From Planctomycetaceae bacterium (lineage in GTDB: Bacteria; Planctomycetota; Phycisphaerae; Phycisphaerales; UBA5793), in assembly GCA_040255465.1 (NCBI GenBank), contig JBDZVA010000001.1, forward strand, positions 130,021 to 194,020: a stretch of 64,000 bases of DNA, read 5' to 3'. The translations under genes and the position numbers were made by a program. The number at the start of each line of letters is the position of its first letter. Position 1 is the stretch's first letter. The notes beneath the pieces are model-generated. The model was not told the origin of the DNA. It searched no databases and saw only the letters and a list, made by a program, of their open reading frames with translations. Positions 38,207 through 47,057 of this stretch are shown one piece after another.

Positions 38207-40657
38207 TCACTTCCCCGCTCGACGCTGCATGCCATACTCGATGAGGTTGCCCATCAGGTTTGTCGCGTCCGTGGTGGTGTAGCCGCTGACGCCCCAGCAG
38301 GACTGTCCCAGCAGCGCGTTGCTCAGATCCTCGCGGCTGACGAAAACGCGCAGATGCTCCGTGTCGCTGCCCTCGTGCAGCGCCCGCAAGCGCGGCCTCG
38401 GCTCGCGACCGCCAAAACGCTCCAGTGAATAGAGCCGATACGAGACGTTGGTGCAATCCACGCCGTGATCGAGCATCGCGCCGCTGATCACCGCGTGCCG
38501 CGTTGGCCGGCGGAAGCGCGAGCCCGGCATGAACGCTTCGACGAACTCTTCGGCACTTCGGCCAAAAGTCGAGACGCCGCCCACGTTCTCAAACAGCACC
38601 GTGCCGCCTCGCTCGATATAGGTCTTGACCGCTGCAGCCTCGCGTTCGCTGAACGTGTGTTCCGCCGTTCCGCGCACGATGAGCAGCGCGGCTTGCGCCG
38701 CCGGCGAATCATCAACCGATTCGAGCGGCACATCAACAATCGTCACATCCATGTCCCGACTCGTGCGCAACCGCAGCGCGAGCAGTTCGTCGGCTGCGGG
38801 CTCAGGATTCCAGTTGCCGCCGTACACGGCCCGGGCGATCTTCACTGCCGTGAACCCCGGCGCACCCGTCGGCAGCACGCCATCGATCACCTGTGTCTCA
38901 TCGAGCAGCAGCTTGCGATTGAGGCGCGGCGTCGTGAGGCCTCGCTCCGAGGCGTAGTAGTACACGTTGCTGAGCATGCTGAAATCATCGCGGCGGCGAT
39001 TGACGTCATTGAGCTGGAGGGCTTCGCCGAAGTCTGTCTTCGGGCAATGGATCATCAACTCTCGTACGCCATTGCTCAGGCCCATCAAGCCCGCCGGCTT
39101 CTCCACTGGCGCGGACAACGTGTACACGAAGTGATCATCCGCCAGTGGCCGCCACTCATACTGCGGATACATCTTGCGCCCCAGCGTCTGCACTGCGTCG
39201 GTGAAACGCGGGTTGCCCGCGTCGGCGTTACTGACCACCAGCCCGCCCAGATCGATGTATCGCTTGATCCGCTCGAGGGTGGTGAAACGCGGCTTGTCGC
39301 CCTTGGCCCGGCGCTGCAGCTCAGCGTCATATTCGCTCACATACGCAAAGGCCTCGTGACTGGCAATGTAGACCATCGGCCCGTCAAACCACTCTTCGAG
39401 CGGCGTGTTGATGTTGAGGATCTGCCAGCTCAAACGCTGCTCGGTCTCCTGCCCGATCCACGAGGCGAGGTGAGCCGCATCGCGCGGCCGATTGTTCCAC
39501 GCAAAAGACTGATCGCGCAGCTTGCTCACGATGATCGGTACGCGGCCGTGCGCGAGAAACATCAGTCCGAACGACATCTGCACCACCGGCGTCTCGACCA
39601 TGCCCGTCGAACCGATGTTTGCCTTGGCGGTGAAGCCGGCCAGTTGGCCCGTCTCGGGATCAACAATCGGATCACACAGCCGATTGATGATCTCGGCCGC
39701 AGAAGCGCGGAACCAGTCGTGCCGGCCGAAGCGCTTGTACCCGCTCGCCAGTCCGACACGCTCCATGCCGTAGAGGTAGTAGAACAGATACGTCTGGTCC
39801 GCTTCGAACACCAGACCAGGATGGCGCTGGGCCGTGAAATTCTGGTCCACCCAGTCCAGGCCGCGCTCAATGGCCTTCTGCTGATCCGTGTCCTTAAGGC
39901 CGGGCTTCACGAACTCACGGGCGTGCAGGAAATCCTGCGTGACGAACAGGCACGTCAGCCCCGCTGCGGTCATCGAACCGCGCGCTTCGCCGAACTGCGG
40001 CCGATAGTTCCACCCCCCGTCCGCCAGTTGCGTGCGAAGGTAATGGTCTTCGATGCGCTTCCAGATCGGCTTGGGAATCTCGTGGTTGCGCTTGGCCGCT
40101 TCCCACAGGCCCAGCAGGCCGTATTGCGTCAGCGAATTGTCATACCCCGACTCCATCGGGATCTCGGTGTACGCCCACGATCCGCTTTCATAGCCGTACG
40201 CACGCAGCAGCCAGTCGCGATCATCTTCGAGCAGTTTGCCGAACCGCTCGGGCAGCAGGGCCCAGATGTGCGCCCGCAGCGAGCGCACATACGTGTAGTC
40301 AGGCTTCTGGCTGCGCAGAAAGTCGATCGGGGCCTGAAGGCGCGGCTCCTGGTAACTCTGTCCCGACGCCAGCAGGGCGTACACGGCAATCGTCGTCTGC
40401 CCCGTGATGTGCGTGAGCAGGTGCATCAGCGCCGGATCGCCCGAGCCGAACTCCCACGTGCCCGCGTTGTTCTGCCGGGCGTACAGGCCGTCGCGGATGG
40501 CGTCGATGGCCCAGCCGATCTCGACGTCAGTCAGATCCTCAGGCGTAACGATGACCGGGTCCGGCGGTCGCTGGGCGATCACGCGCGGGGTCGCGGCCGA
40601 TGCAATGACCAGGGCGAGCAAGGCGAGCAGCAGGGTTGGGGTGGAGATTCGTGGCAT
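38207..40657 (-). CDS. large secreted protein: prenyltransferase/terpenoid-cyclase-like alpha-toroid repeats plus DUF4159-like C-terminal domain
   Basis: Start MPRISTPTLLLALLALVIASAATPRVIAQ (cat 40655-40657) inside ORF 38207..40921. Repeats with GTWEFGSG, SGSWAY, DGGWNY. Domain names are tentative. Confidence 0.7.
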   Translation of the reverse strand: MPRISTPTLLLALLALVIASAATPRVIAQRPPDPVIVTPEDLTDVEIGWAIDAIRDGLYARQNNAGTWEFGSGDPALMHLLTHITGQTTIAVYALLASGQSYQEPRLQAPIDFLRSQKPDYTYVRSLRAHIWALLPERFGKLLEDDRDWLLRAYGYESGSWAYTEIPMESGYDNSLTQYGLLGLWEAAKRNHEIPKPIWKRIEDHYLRTQLADGGWNYRPQFGEARGSMTAAGLTCLFVTQDFLHAREFVKPGLKDTDQQKAIERGLDWVDQNFTAQRHPGLVFEADQTYLFYYLYGMERVGLASGYKRFGRHDWFRASAAEIINRLCDPIVDPETGQLAGFTAKANIGSTGMVETPVVQMSFGLMFLAHGRVPIIVSKLRDQSFAWNNRPRDAAHLASWIGQETEQRLSWQILNINTPLEEWFDGPMVYIASHEAFAYVSEYDAELQRRAKGDKPRFTTLERIKRYIDLGGLVVSNADAGNPRFTDAVQTLGRKMYPQYEWRPLADDHFVYTLSAPVEKPAGLMGLSNGVRELMIHCPKTDFGEALQLNDVNRRRDDFSMLSNVYYYASERGLTTPRLNRKLLLDETQVIDGVLPTGAPGFTAVKIARAVYGGNWNPEPAADELLALRLRTSRDMDVTIVDVPLESVDDSPAAQAALLIVRGTAEHTFSEREAAAVKTYIERGGTVLFENVGGVSTFGRSAEEFVEAFMPGSRFRRPTRHAVISGAMLDHGVDCTNVSYRLYSLERFGGREPRPRLRALHEGSDTEHLRVFVSREDLSNALLGQSCWGVSGYTTTDATNLMGNLIEYGMQRRAGK

Positions 40658-40847
40658 GGCTCTATTGAAGGATGGTAACACACTCTGCCGCTGGCGGTTT
40701 TGATCGTAATTGACGGCCCCAGCCGGCCCGTGGCGTCGAGTTACGCCGGGTTCCGCCGCGCCGTGCGTCCTCAAAAACGGGTCGCCATCGCCACGAAGGC
40801 TCGGGTGGCCGGCGAGACACGGAACCCGACTTGCGAAGGACAAGACC

Positions 40848-41864
40848 ATGCACACGACGGGAAACAAGCGGCGAATCACCGCCGACAAGCCACTGGCGCT
40901 CGTGCTGATCGTCGTTGCCACTCAGCTGGCCACCGCCTGCGTCCGCGAACCCGTCGCTGTTTCAAGCGATGAGATCTCGCACAGCGAAGAGGTCTACTTC
41001 GGACCGCGCTTCCGCAAAGACCGCGTCACGGTCTATCGCTTCCGCGCCGACAATATGAGTGTGCAGACTCAGGCTGGCCAGAGCGTGGTTGACGCCAACT
41101 ACACTGAGTCGATCATGCGCTTCACGGTCAGCGATGTGCACGAAGACGGCTCAGCCGATCTGATGATGACCTACGACCGCCTGATCACCTCGGGGGAGTC
41201 CGCGTTCGGCGGCACATACGCCTTCGACTCCACGCAGGAATCAGCCGACCCGGAGACGGATGCAAAGATCGTCGATGTACTGCGCAAACTCACCAACTCG
41301 ACGGTGAAGTTCCGGGCTGACGCGTTGGGCAATGTCGACCCGGAAAGCGTGGTCGGTACGCAGGACGCGTGCGAGGTCATGCAGGAACTCATGGCATTGC
41401 AGGCTCGCGTCGCTGAGTTCAACAGTGCCGGTCTCGCCAAACTCTTCGAAAGCACCTGGCGCGTCGCCGATGAAACGTACACGCGCGACATCGGCAAGCC
41501 CTGGCAGGACGTGAAGACGACGCCAGTCGAAGGACTCGGCTACTGGACGTTTACGAGCAACTACCAGACGCTCGACCGTGATCCGCGCCACATCGTGCTC
41601 GGAGTGAAACTGGTCATGTCGCTTGAATTCCAGCCGCCCGAGGAGTTCATTCCCGGCATGCTCAAAGTGCTGGAAACCGAGTTCGAGATGATCAAGGGCG
41701 ACTTCCGCTACGTCTGGGACCGCGAGAACTTCGAACTCGTCGAGCGCACCGGCGAGCTTGAATTCAATTGGAGAATCATGCAGGAAGGGTTGTTCCAGGA
41801 CGAGGTCGTCCGAACCGATCAGCACCAGCATGTCACGACATCACTGCAGCGAATCGACGAGTAG
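40848..41864 (+). CDS. hypothetical lipoprotein
   Basis: Start MHTTGNKRRITADKPLALVLIVVATQLATAC (ATG 40848) inside ORF 40710..41864. Confidence 0.6.
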   Translation: MHTTGNKRRITADKPLALVLIVVATQLATACVREPVAVSSDEISHSEEVYFGPRFRKDRVTVYRFRADNMSVQTQAGQSVVDANYTESIMRFTVSDVHEDGSADLMMTYDRLITSGESAFGGTYAFDSTQESADPETDAKIVDVLRKLTNSTVKFRADALGNVDPESVVGTQDACEVMQELMALQARVAEFNSAGLAKLFESTWRVADETYTRDIGKPWQDVKTTPVEGLGYWTFTSNYQTLDRDPRHIVLGVKLVMSLEFQPPEEFIPGMLKVLETEFEMIKGDFRYVWDRENFELVERTGELEFNWRIMQEGLFQDEVVRTDQHQHVTTSLQRIDE

Positions 41865-41888
41865 TCGACAAGGTCGAAAGTGCGCGGC

Positions 41889-43058
41889 CTACAAACCGAC
41901 TGACTTGAGAATTGGCCCGAGCTCCACCGGCTGCCCCGCCGCCGCACTCCGCCGCACGGCTTCCATAAGGCAAAGCGTCTCGATGCCTTCCTCGAGATTG
42001 GGCGAATACGGCACGCCTTCGATCAGTGCCCGGCCGAAGTAATCGGCGTAATTGGCGAATTCGCCGTAGTGCATGCCGTGCACTTCGGAGTTGAAGTAGT
42101 ACTGCCGACCCGCGTAGAGGTAGTCCTCGACGACCTCACCCAGCGCGCCAGGATCAAATCCGCCGGCGCCCTTGTGTGGTTTCGTTTCCGGCGTCGTGTG
42201 GATGTAGCGCATGTCGTGATACTGCGCCAGGCTCGAGCCGGCCGTGCCGTAGAGCATGAGTTCGATGCAGTTGCGGGCCCGCGGCAGTTCATGGCAGCCG
42301 TAGTGCCCCATGGCCCGGCCGATCGCCCCATTCTCCGCCTCGACGTTCACGACGTACACATCGCGCCCCTTCACGCCGAATTCGCGGCCCATCTTCGAGC
42401 GCGAGCCGATCGCCTGCACGCTGCTGATCGGCCCGAGGTACCAGCGCAGCAGATCGAGCGGGTGCGACAGACCGAGAAACACCCAGTCGGTATCCGTCGC
42501 GGCCCACGGGCTCTTCTTGTAGTACCAGTCCATCCGGTGGATGTAGTGGGCGTCGGCCAGTTCAACGTCGCCGAACTCGCCGCGCTCGAACGCCGCGCGC
42601 TGGCGGCGGAAGGGTTCAAAGAACCGCGTGCTCTGCCCGACGATCAGTCTCCGCCCGCTGCGGCGTCCTGCTTCGAGCACCTGCCGCGCTGCATCGAGTG
42701 AGTTCACAATCGGCTTGGTGCAGATGACGTCCTTGCCGGCTTCGAACGCCTTGATGATGTGCCCGGCATGCTCGCTGTCGGGCGTGTAAATCGCCACGAT
42801 ACCGACCTCGGGTCGGGCCAGCATCGCTTCGTAGTCGTCCGTGTAGAAAAGCCCCGGCCACTCGCGCCGACTCGCCTCGATCTTCTCGCTACTCAGATCG
42901 CAGCCCGCCGCCGGATACAAATGCCCGCATCGCGTCGCCAGCGCCATGAGCAGCGTCCGACCTTCGTGCAACCCGAGCACGCCCACGCCAATCGCCTTCG
43001 GATGCCGCGGCGGCGTCACCACCGGTTGCGTCCCGGGAATGTGTTCGATGAAACCCAT
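41889..43058 (-). CDS. Gfo/Idh/MocA family oxidoreductase
   Basis: N-terminal Rossmann IGVGVLGLHEGR. Overall layout typical of the family. Confidence 0.75.
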   Translation of the reverse strand: MGFIEHIPGTQPVVTPPRHPKAIGVGVLGLHEGRTLLMALATRCGHLYPAAGCDLSSEKIEASRREWPGLFYTDDYEAMLARPEVGIVAIYTPDSEHAGHIIKAFEAGKDVICTKPIVNSLDAARQVLEAGRRSGRRLIVGQSTRFFEPFRRQRAAFERGEFGDVELADAHYIHRMDWYYKKSPWAATDTDWVFLGLSHPLDLLRWYLGPISSVQAIGSRSKMGREFGVKGRDVYVVNVEAENGAIGRAMGHYGCHELPRARNCIELMLYGTAGSSLAQYHDMRYIHTTPETKPHKGAGGFDPGALGEVVEDYLYAGRQYYFNSEVHGMHYGEFANYADYFGRALIEGVPYSPNLEEGIETLCLMEAVRRSAAAGQPVELGPILKSVGL

Positions 43059-43207
43059 GCGGGAAGTCTAAGCGTGCGCGGGTAGGTCGGGACCGCCGCT
43101 CTGGGCGCGGCCCGGCGGATTGGGTGCGAGTCGTGCAGTAGAGTTGGAGACTTTGGGGTGTGTACGCGCAGTCGCCGGGCCCGCGCAAAGCCTTGTCCCG
43201 GCCTACT

Positions 43208-43891
43208 TCAGTACTTCACCCGCGTGCCATACGGCTTGGTCTTCGGCGTCGACACATCCTCGTCGGCCCTGAGTTCGTCGTACGCCTGCTGGACGTAGTT
43301 CACATACTCGCCGCGCTGTTTGCCCTTGCCCAGCGGGTAAGACTCGTTGACCTTCCCAAGCGGCGCATTATCCAGGGCTCCGGCGTAGCGGAGCACGCCC
43401 TTGGCGTCGATGATGAACATCTGCGGCGTGAAGCGCGCATCAAGCAGGTGCCCGACGGTGCCGTCTTCATCGAGCAAAATGGGGAAGTGGATGCCGAAAC
43501 GTTCGCGCGCCTCTTCATTGGCTTCCTTGCCGGCGCCCTGGTTGCCCGGCGCAGCGGAGTTGATGGCGAGGTACACCACGCCCGCCTGCTGCATGTCGTT
43601 GCCGAAGGTCTTGAGCGTTCGCTTGGTGTACTGGTCAATGACGTAGGGGCACTGCGGGTTGAACCACTCGAGGATGACGATCCTGCCCTTGTAGCCGCTG
43701 AGTTTGCGTTCTTTGCCGTCGATACCGGTGAGTGTGAAGTCCGGCACCACATCGCCGACGGCAATAGGCTTGGCCTGCGCGGCCGCGCTTCGTGTACCGA
43801 CGCACCAGCCCGCGAGCAGCGCGAGGGTCAGCAGCGGCAGCGCGAAACGGGAAACGAGATGGTGGGCAGCGCCAGACATGGGTTTACTCAT
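43208..43891 (-). CDS. secreted thioredoxin-fold (redoxin/AhpC-TSA-like) protein
   Basis: Signal peptide. VILEWFNPQCPYV active-site region. Confidence 0.7.
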   Translation of the reverse strand: MSKPMSGAAHHLVSRFALPLLTLALLAGWCVGTRSAAAQAKPIAVGDVVPDFTLTGIDGKERKLSGYKGRIVILEWFNPQCPYVIDQYTKRTLKTFGNDMQQAGVVYLAINSAAPGNQGAGKEANEEARERFGIHFPILLDEDGTVGHLLDARFTPQMFIIDAKGVLRYAGALDNAPLGKVNESYPLGKGKQRGEYVNYVQQAYDELRADEDVSTPKTKPYGTRVKY

Positions 43892-44730
43892 TCAAAGGTG
43901 GGTACGAGGTCGTAGTACCGTTCCTCATCGCCATTCTTGACACGCAGCACCGCCAGCGAACGCGGCCCGGCGGGCCAGAGCCGACTCTCACTCACATCGA
44001 ACGATACCGACAACCGACTTGAACCGTCATCGAGTTGGATGATCTCCGGATCGTGGTGCTTCACGTCCTCGACGAGCAGGGGGAAGACGTCGAACTCCAC
44101 GTCCTTCGGGAAGCTGGCCACGAAGCGCGGGCTGGACTTGCTGCCGCGCCACCGCGGCTGGCCGACCTTCAATTCCTTCAGTTCGCGCGGCATTCGGGCC
44201 ATTGCGGCGGCGAACCGTTTGCCATTGGTCGACTCGCCTTCCTCAACGAGTGCAGCCGTCTTGAGCATCAGCGACTCGGCGGCCTTGCCCATGACACAGG
44301 CTTCCTTGCAGACCAGCCAGTCGGACTGAACCCCGATACGAATAGGGTCGCCCGGTTGCAACGTTGCGGGGGCCTTGATCTCGACGACGAGAGTCGCCTG
44401 ATGCTCGTAGCCGAAACTGACGAGTTCGCCGGGCTGCTCGAAGCGGTGGGGGCCGGGGTACTGCACCGGGCCGACGGTGAACCCCTCGGGCGCCTCAATC
44501 TCAAGGCTCGTGGCATACCCGGTGTCGCCGGGATTGACCCAGTAGATGTGCCAGTCGGGGATGATGTCGTACTGCACGGCCAGGTGGAACGTGGCGCCCG
44601 GGGCTACAGCCCGGACATCGGCATAGACCTCCACCTTGACCTTCTCAGGCTCGGGCTGCGCCGCTGCGACTGGCGCGATCGCGACCGCGAAGGCGAGTGC
44701 CGCTGGGAAAAACAGGTGCTGCGATGTCAT
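43888..44730 (-). CDS. DsbD N-terminal (DsbC/PF11412-like) domain protein
   Basis: Start MTSQHLFFPAALAFAVAIAPVAAAQ (cat 44728-44730). WHIYWVNPGDTGYA and DWLVCKEACV motifs. ATGA overlap with the downstream redoxin gene. Confidence 0.7.
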   Translation of the reverse strand: MTSQHLFFPAALAFAVAIAPVAAAQPEPEKVKVEVYADVRAVAPGATFHLAVQYDIIPDWHIYWVNPGDTGYATSLEIEAPEGFTVGPVQYPGPHRFEQPGELVSFGYEHQATLVVEIKAPATLQPGDPIRIGVQSDWLVCKEACVMGKAAESLMLKTAALVEEGESTNGKRFAAAMARMPRELKELKVGQPRWRGSKSSPRFVASFPKDVEFDVFPLLVEDVKHHDPEIIQLDDGSSRLSVSFDVSESRLWPAGPRSLAVLRVKNGDEERYYDLVPTFE

Positions 44731-44916
44731 CGTCAACGGTCCTTTCGGCTTCAATCCGCGCCGGCCGTGGAATGGTAGTGCTGCGGTGTGCGTCCGCAAT
44801 ACAGGCGCGTACCCCGATCCTCCGCTTGGATGACCGTTTCGCGCTTAGAGTACCCTGTCCCGTGGCCGCTCGGTCCCCGGATCGGCTGCCTCACCCTGAA
44901 AGACGCTCGCGAAAGG

Positions 44917-45396
44917 ATGGCCATTCCCATGATTCTGCTTCTCGTTCGTGCCGCCCGGCGCTTTGTGATGCCCGCCTTCGTACTGGGACTTTGCCTGCTC
45001 GCCGCCGGCTGCAACAGCCAGCCCAAGGTCAACGACGGCGATCTCGTCTACATCGAGGACAGCGCCCTCATGGAAGCCATCGCCAAGCGCGAGAAGAAGC
45101 CGCTCGTGATCGTCGACGCCCGCTCGGCCAAGCGATACGAAATGGCCCACATCCCCGGCGCCATCAGCATCCCTCTGCCCGACGTGGTGCGCGAAGACAA
45201 GCGCCTCAAGGACAAGGGAACCATCATCGTCTACGCCCTGGACTGGGAAGACCCCATCGCGATGGCGATGAGCAAGAAGCTGATGTTCTACGGCTACAAA
45301 GAAGTGCAGACGTATCGCGGCGGCCTGCGCGAGTGGGTCACCAAGGGACGCGAAACCGATCCCCCGATCGAAGAGAAGAAGGAAGACGCAAACTAG
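44917..45396 (+). CDS. rhodanese-like lipoprotein lacking the catalytic cysteine
   Basis: Lipobox LAAGC. VIVDARSAKRYEMAHIPGAISIPL. The active-site position reads IIVYALDWED, with no Cys. Confidence 0.7.
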   Translation: MAIPMILLLVRAARRFVMPAFVLGLCLLAAGCNSQPKVNDGDLVYIEDSALMEAIAKREKKPLVIVDARSAKRYEMAHIPGAISIPLPDVVREDKRLKDKGTIIVYALDWEDPIAMAMSKKLMFYGYKEVQTYRGGLREWVTKGRETDPPIEEKKEDAN

Positions 45397-45523
45397 CGCC
45401 GCCCAACACCGGACCGACGCGCGAGCGAGGAGTCTAATCGGAATTCGCCATAAACCAGTCCGACGCGCCAGCGAGGTTTGATCCAGGAGACCGACCGGCT
45501 GCAACGTGAATGGAGATGAACAC

Positions 45524-46252
45524 ATGGGCCAGCGCAACTTCGTCTTGATGCTCGCAAGTACCGGAGTCGTGTCGCTGACGTGTTGCACATCCGTGAAGTT
45601 CGCGGAGTACCCCCCCAGACCGCCCGGCTACGGACCGTACACGCTGCTCATCGAGAACACGCCTCACGATGTGTATTCGAGTAACGTTGTGCAATCCAAC
45701 CTCGTAGCTGCCATCTTGGGAAAGCCCGGCATATGGACATTGCTTACTCTGGAGCCACCAACACGCAAATCAGGCTGGCTTGCCGCCCAGGTCCGAAATC
45801 AGGAGTCGTGGCAGCATCTCTCGTCGTACGGCTACGGCGTCTCGGTGCTCCAGGTGGAGGCGACTGCGAGTATTCGATCGCATGAGATGCGCGGCGTCCC
45901 TGCATACACGCCGCAGCACTGGTGGCTTGTTGGCGTGAAACCACTGAGACTTGCCGCCTATCGCTATCAGCCAGGTGAGGAAGTCGATCTGTACGGTGAG
46001 GACGAGAATGGCCACATGATTTACGGCGCAAGGGGATTCACCTGCGCAGAGGTCTTTCTAGTCGGCGCCGATGACTGGGATCGCCCGGTTGAGGCTGTCG
46101 CCGTGTACACCGGCGAACTCAATACGGACGGGGTTGAGGTCAGTGGGGAGTTCCGCATCGAGCAGGACAAACTTGATGTCCGACTGAGGGATAACGAATT
46201 CACGATTCGCGAACTGATCGAGCAGTATTCGTCGCATAGCCAACGGCAGTAG
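45524..46252 (+). CDS. hypothetical lipoprotein
   Basis: MGQRNFVLMLASTGVVSLTCC signal/lipobox. No other motif. Confidence 0.5.
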   Translation: MGQRNFVLMLASTGVVSLTCCTSVKFAEYPPRPPGYGPYTLLIENTPHDVYSSNVVQSNLVAAILGKPGIWTLLTLEPPTRKSGWLAAQVRNQESWQHLSSYGYGVSVLQVEATASIRSHEMRGVPAYTPQHWWLVGVKPLRLAAYRYQPGEEVDLYGEDENGHMIYGARGFTCAEVFLVGADDWDRPVEAVAVYTGELNTDGVEVSGEFRIEQDKLDVRLRDNEFTIRELIEQYSSHSQRQ

Positions 46253-46288
46253 CGGTTACGGGTTGTCCTCGCTGGCGCGTCGGTCTGG

Positions 46289-46915
46289 TTACGGCCTCCG
46301 CAATACCATGTGAAACACATGCCAGTAGCGCGGCTTGCCCGTGGCCGTATGCCCGTCGCGCTCGACTTCCTCGAAGTGCAGTCGCTCGAGTCCGTCGATG
46401 AGCTGCTCGACCTCGTCCCGGCTCAGAAACACTTCGGCTTGATGCCCCGGTTCCGTCGCCCACTGGTCGTTGACGCCAAAGAACTGCCCCGCGAACACAC
46501 CTCCGGGCAACAAAGCACTGCGAATCCTCTGCCACAACCCAGGAAAATGCTCGAGTTCGCAGAACGGCAGGCAGAATTCCGCGTTGATCAGGTGATACGT
46601 CCCGAAATCCACCTGCTCGAATCGACGCGCGAACGTCTGCAACTTCTGATTGAGATTCAGATGCTGGGCTTGCCTGATCGTCCGCGCCGTTGCCTCTTCC
46701 GAAGCGTCGACGGCCGTCACGTGCAGCCCATGTTTGAGCATGGCGATCGTGTCATGCCCGACCCCGCAGCCGAGATCGATTGCGCGTCCTTCATGCGGCA
46801 CATATCCCAGCGCCTTGACCACCATCTCGCGCGGCGGGCGGGTTTCAGTCGCGGCGTAGTACTCGCGCCATCGCTGCTCCTCGCTTGTCAGTTCAGGCAC
46901 GGTTTCTCTCTCCAC
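46289..46915 (-). CDS. class I SAM-dependent methyltransferase
   Basis: Motif I AIDLGCGVGHDT, followed by VTAVDASEEA. Confidence 0.75.
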   Translation of the reverse strand: MERETVPELTSEEQRWREYYAATETRPPREMVVKALGYVPHEGRAIDLGCGVGHDTIAMLKHGLHVTAVDASEEATARTIRQAQHLNLNQKLQTFARRFEQVDFGTYHLINAEFCLPFCELEHFPGLWQRIRSALLPGGVFAGQFFGVNDQWATEPGHQAEVFLSRDEVEQLIDGLERLHFEEVERDGHTATGKPRYWHVFHMVLRRP

Positions 46916-47057
46916 GATGAGTCGTGTTGGTCAGATGATGCACGCAACAGCCCGACCGCTCCAGACCGGCGGCACAGAACACTATAGAATGGCCCTCCTT
47001 TGAGGTGCGGCCACGATCGTCCGCGCTGAGCCGCCTGTCCACGGACGGAAGCCACCT

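Noticed and set aside
38465-40678. 737-aa ORF on the plus strand
   Set aside because: It is antisense to the 816-aa secreted protein. The translation is Arg/His/Gln-rich low-complexity sequence typical of high-GC antisense frames and has no motifs. The minus-strand product has a signal peptide and recognisable repeats.
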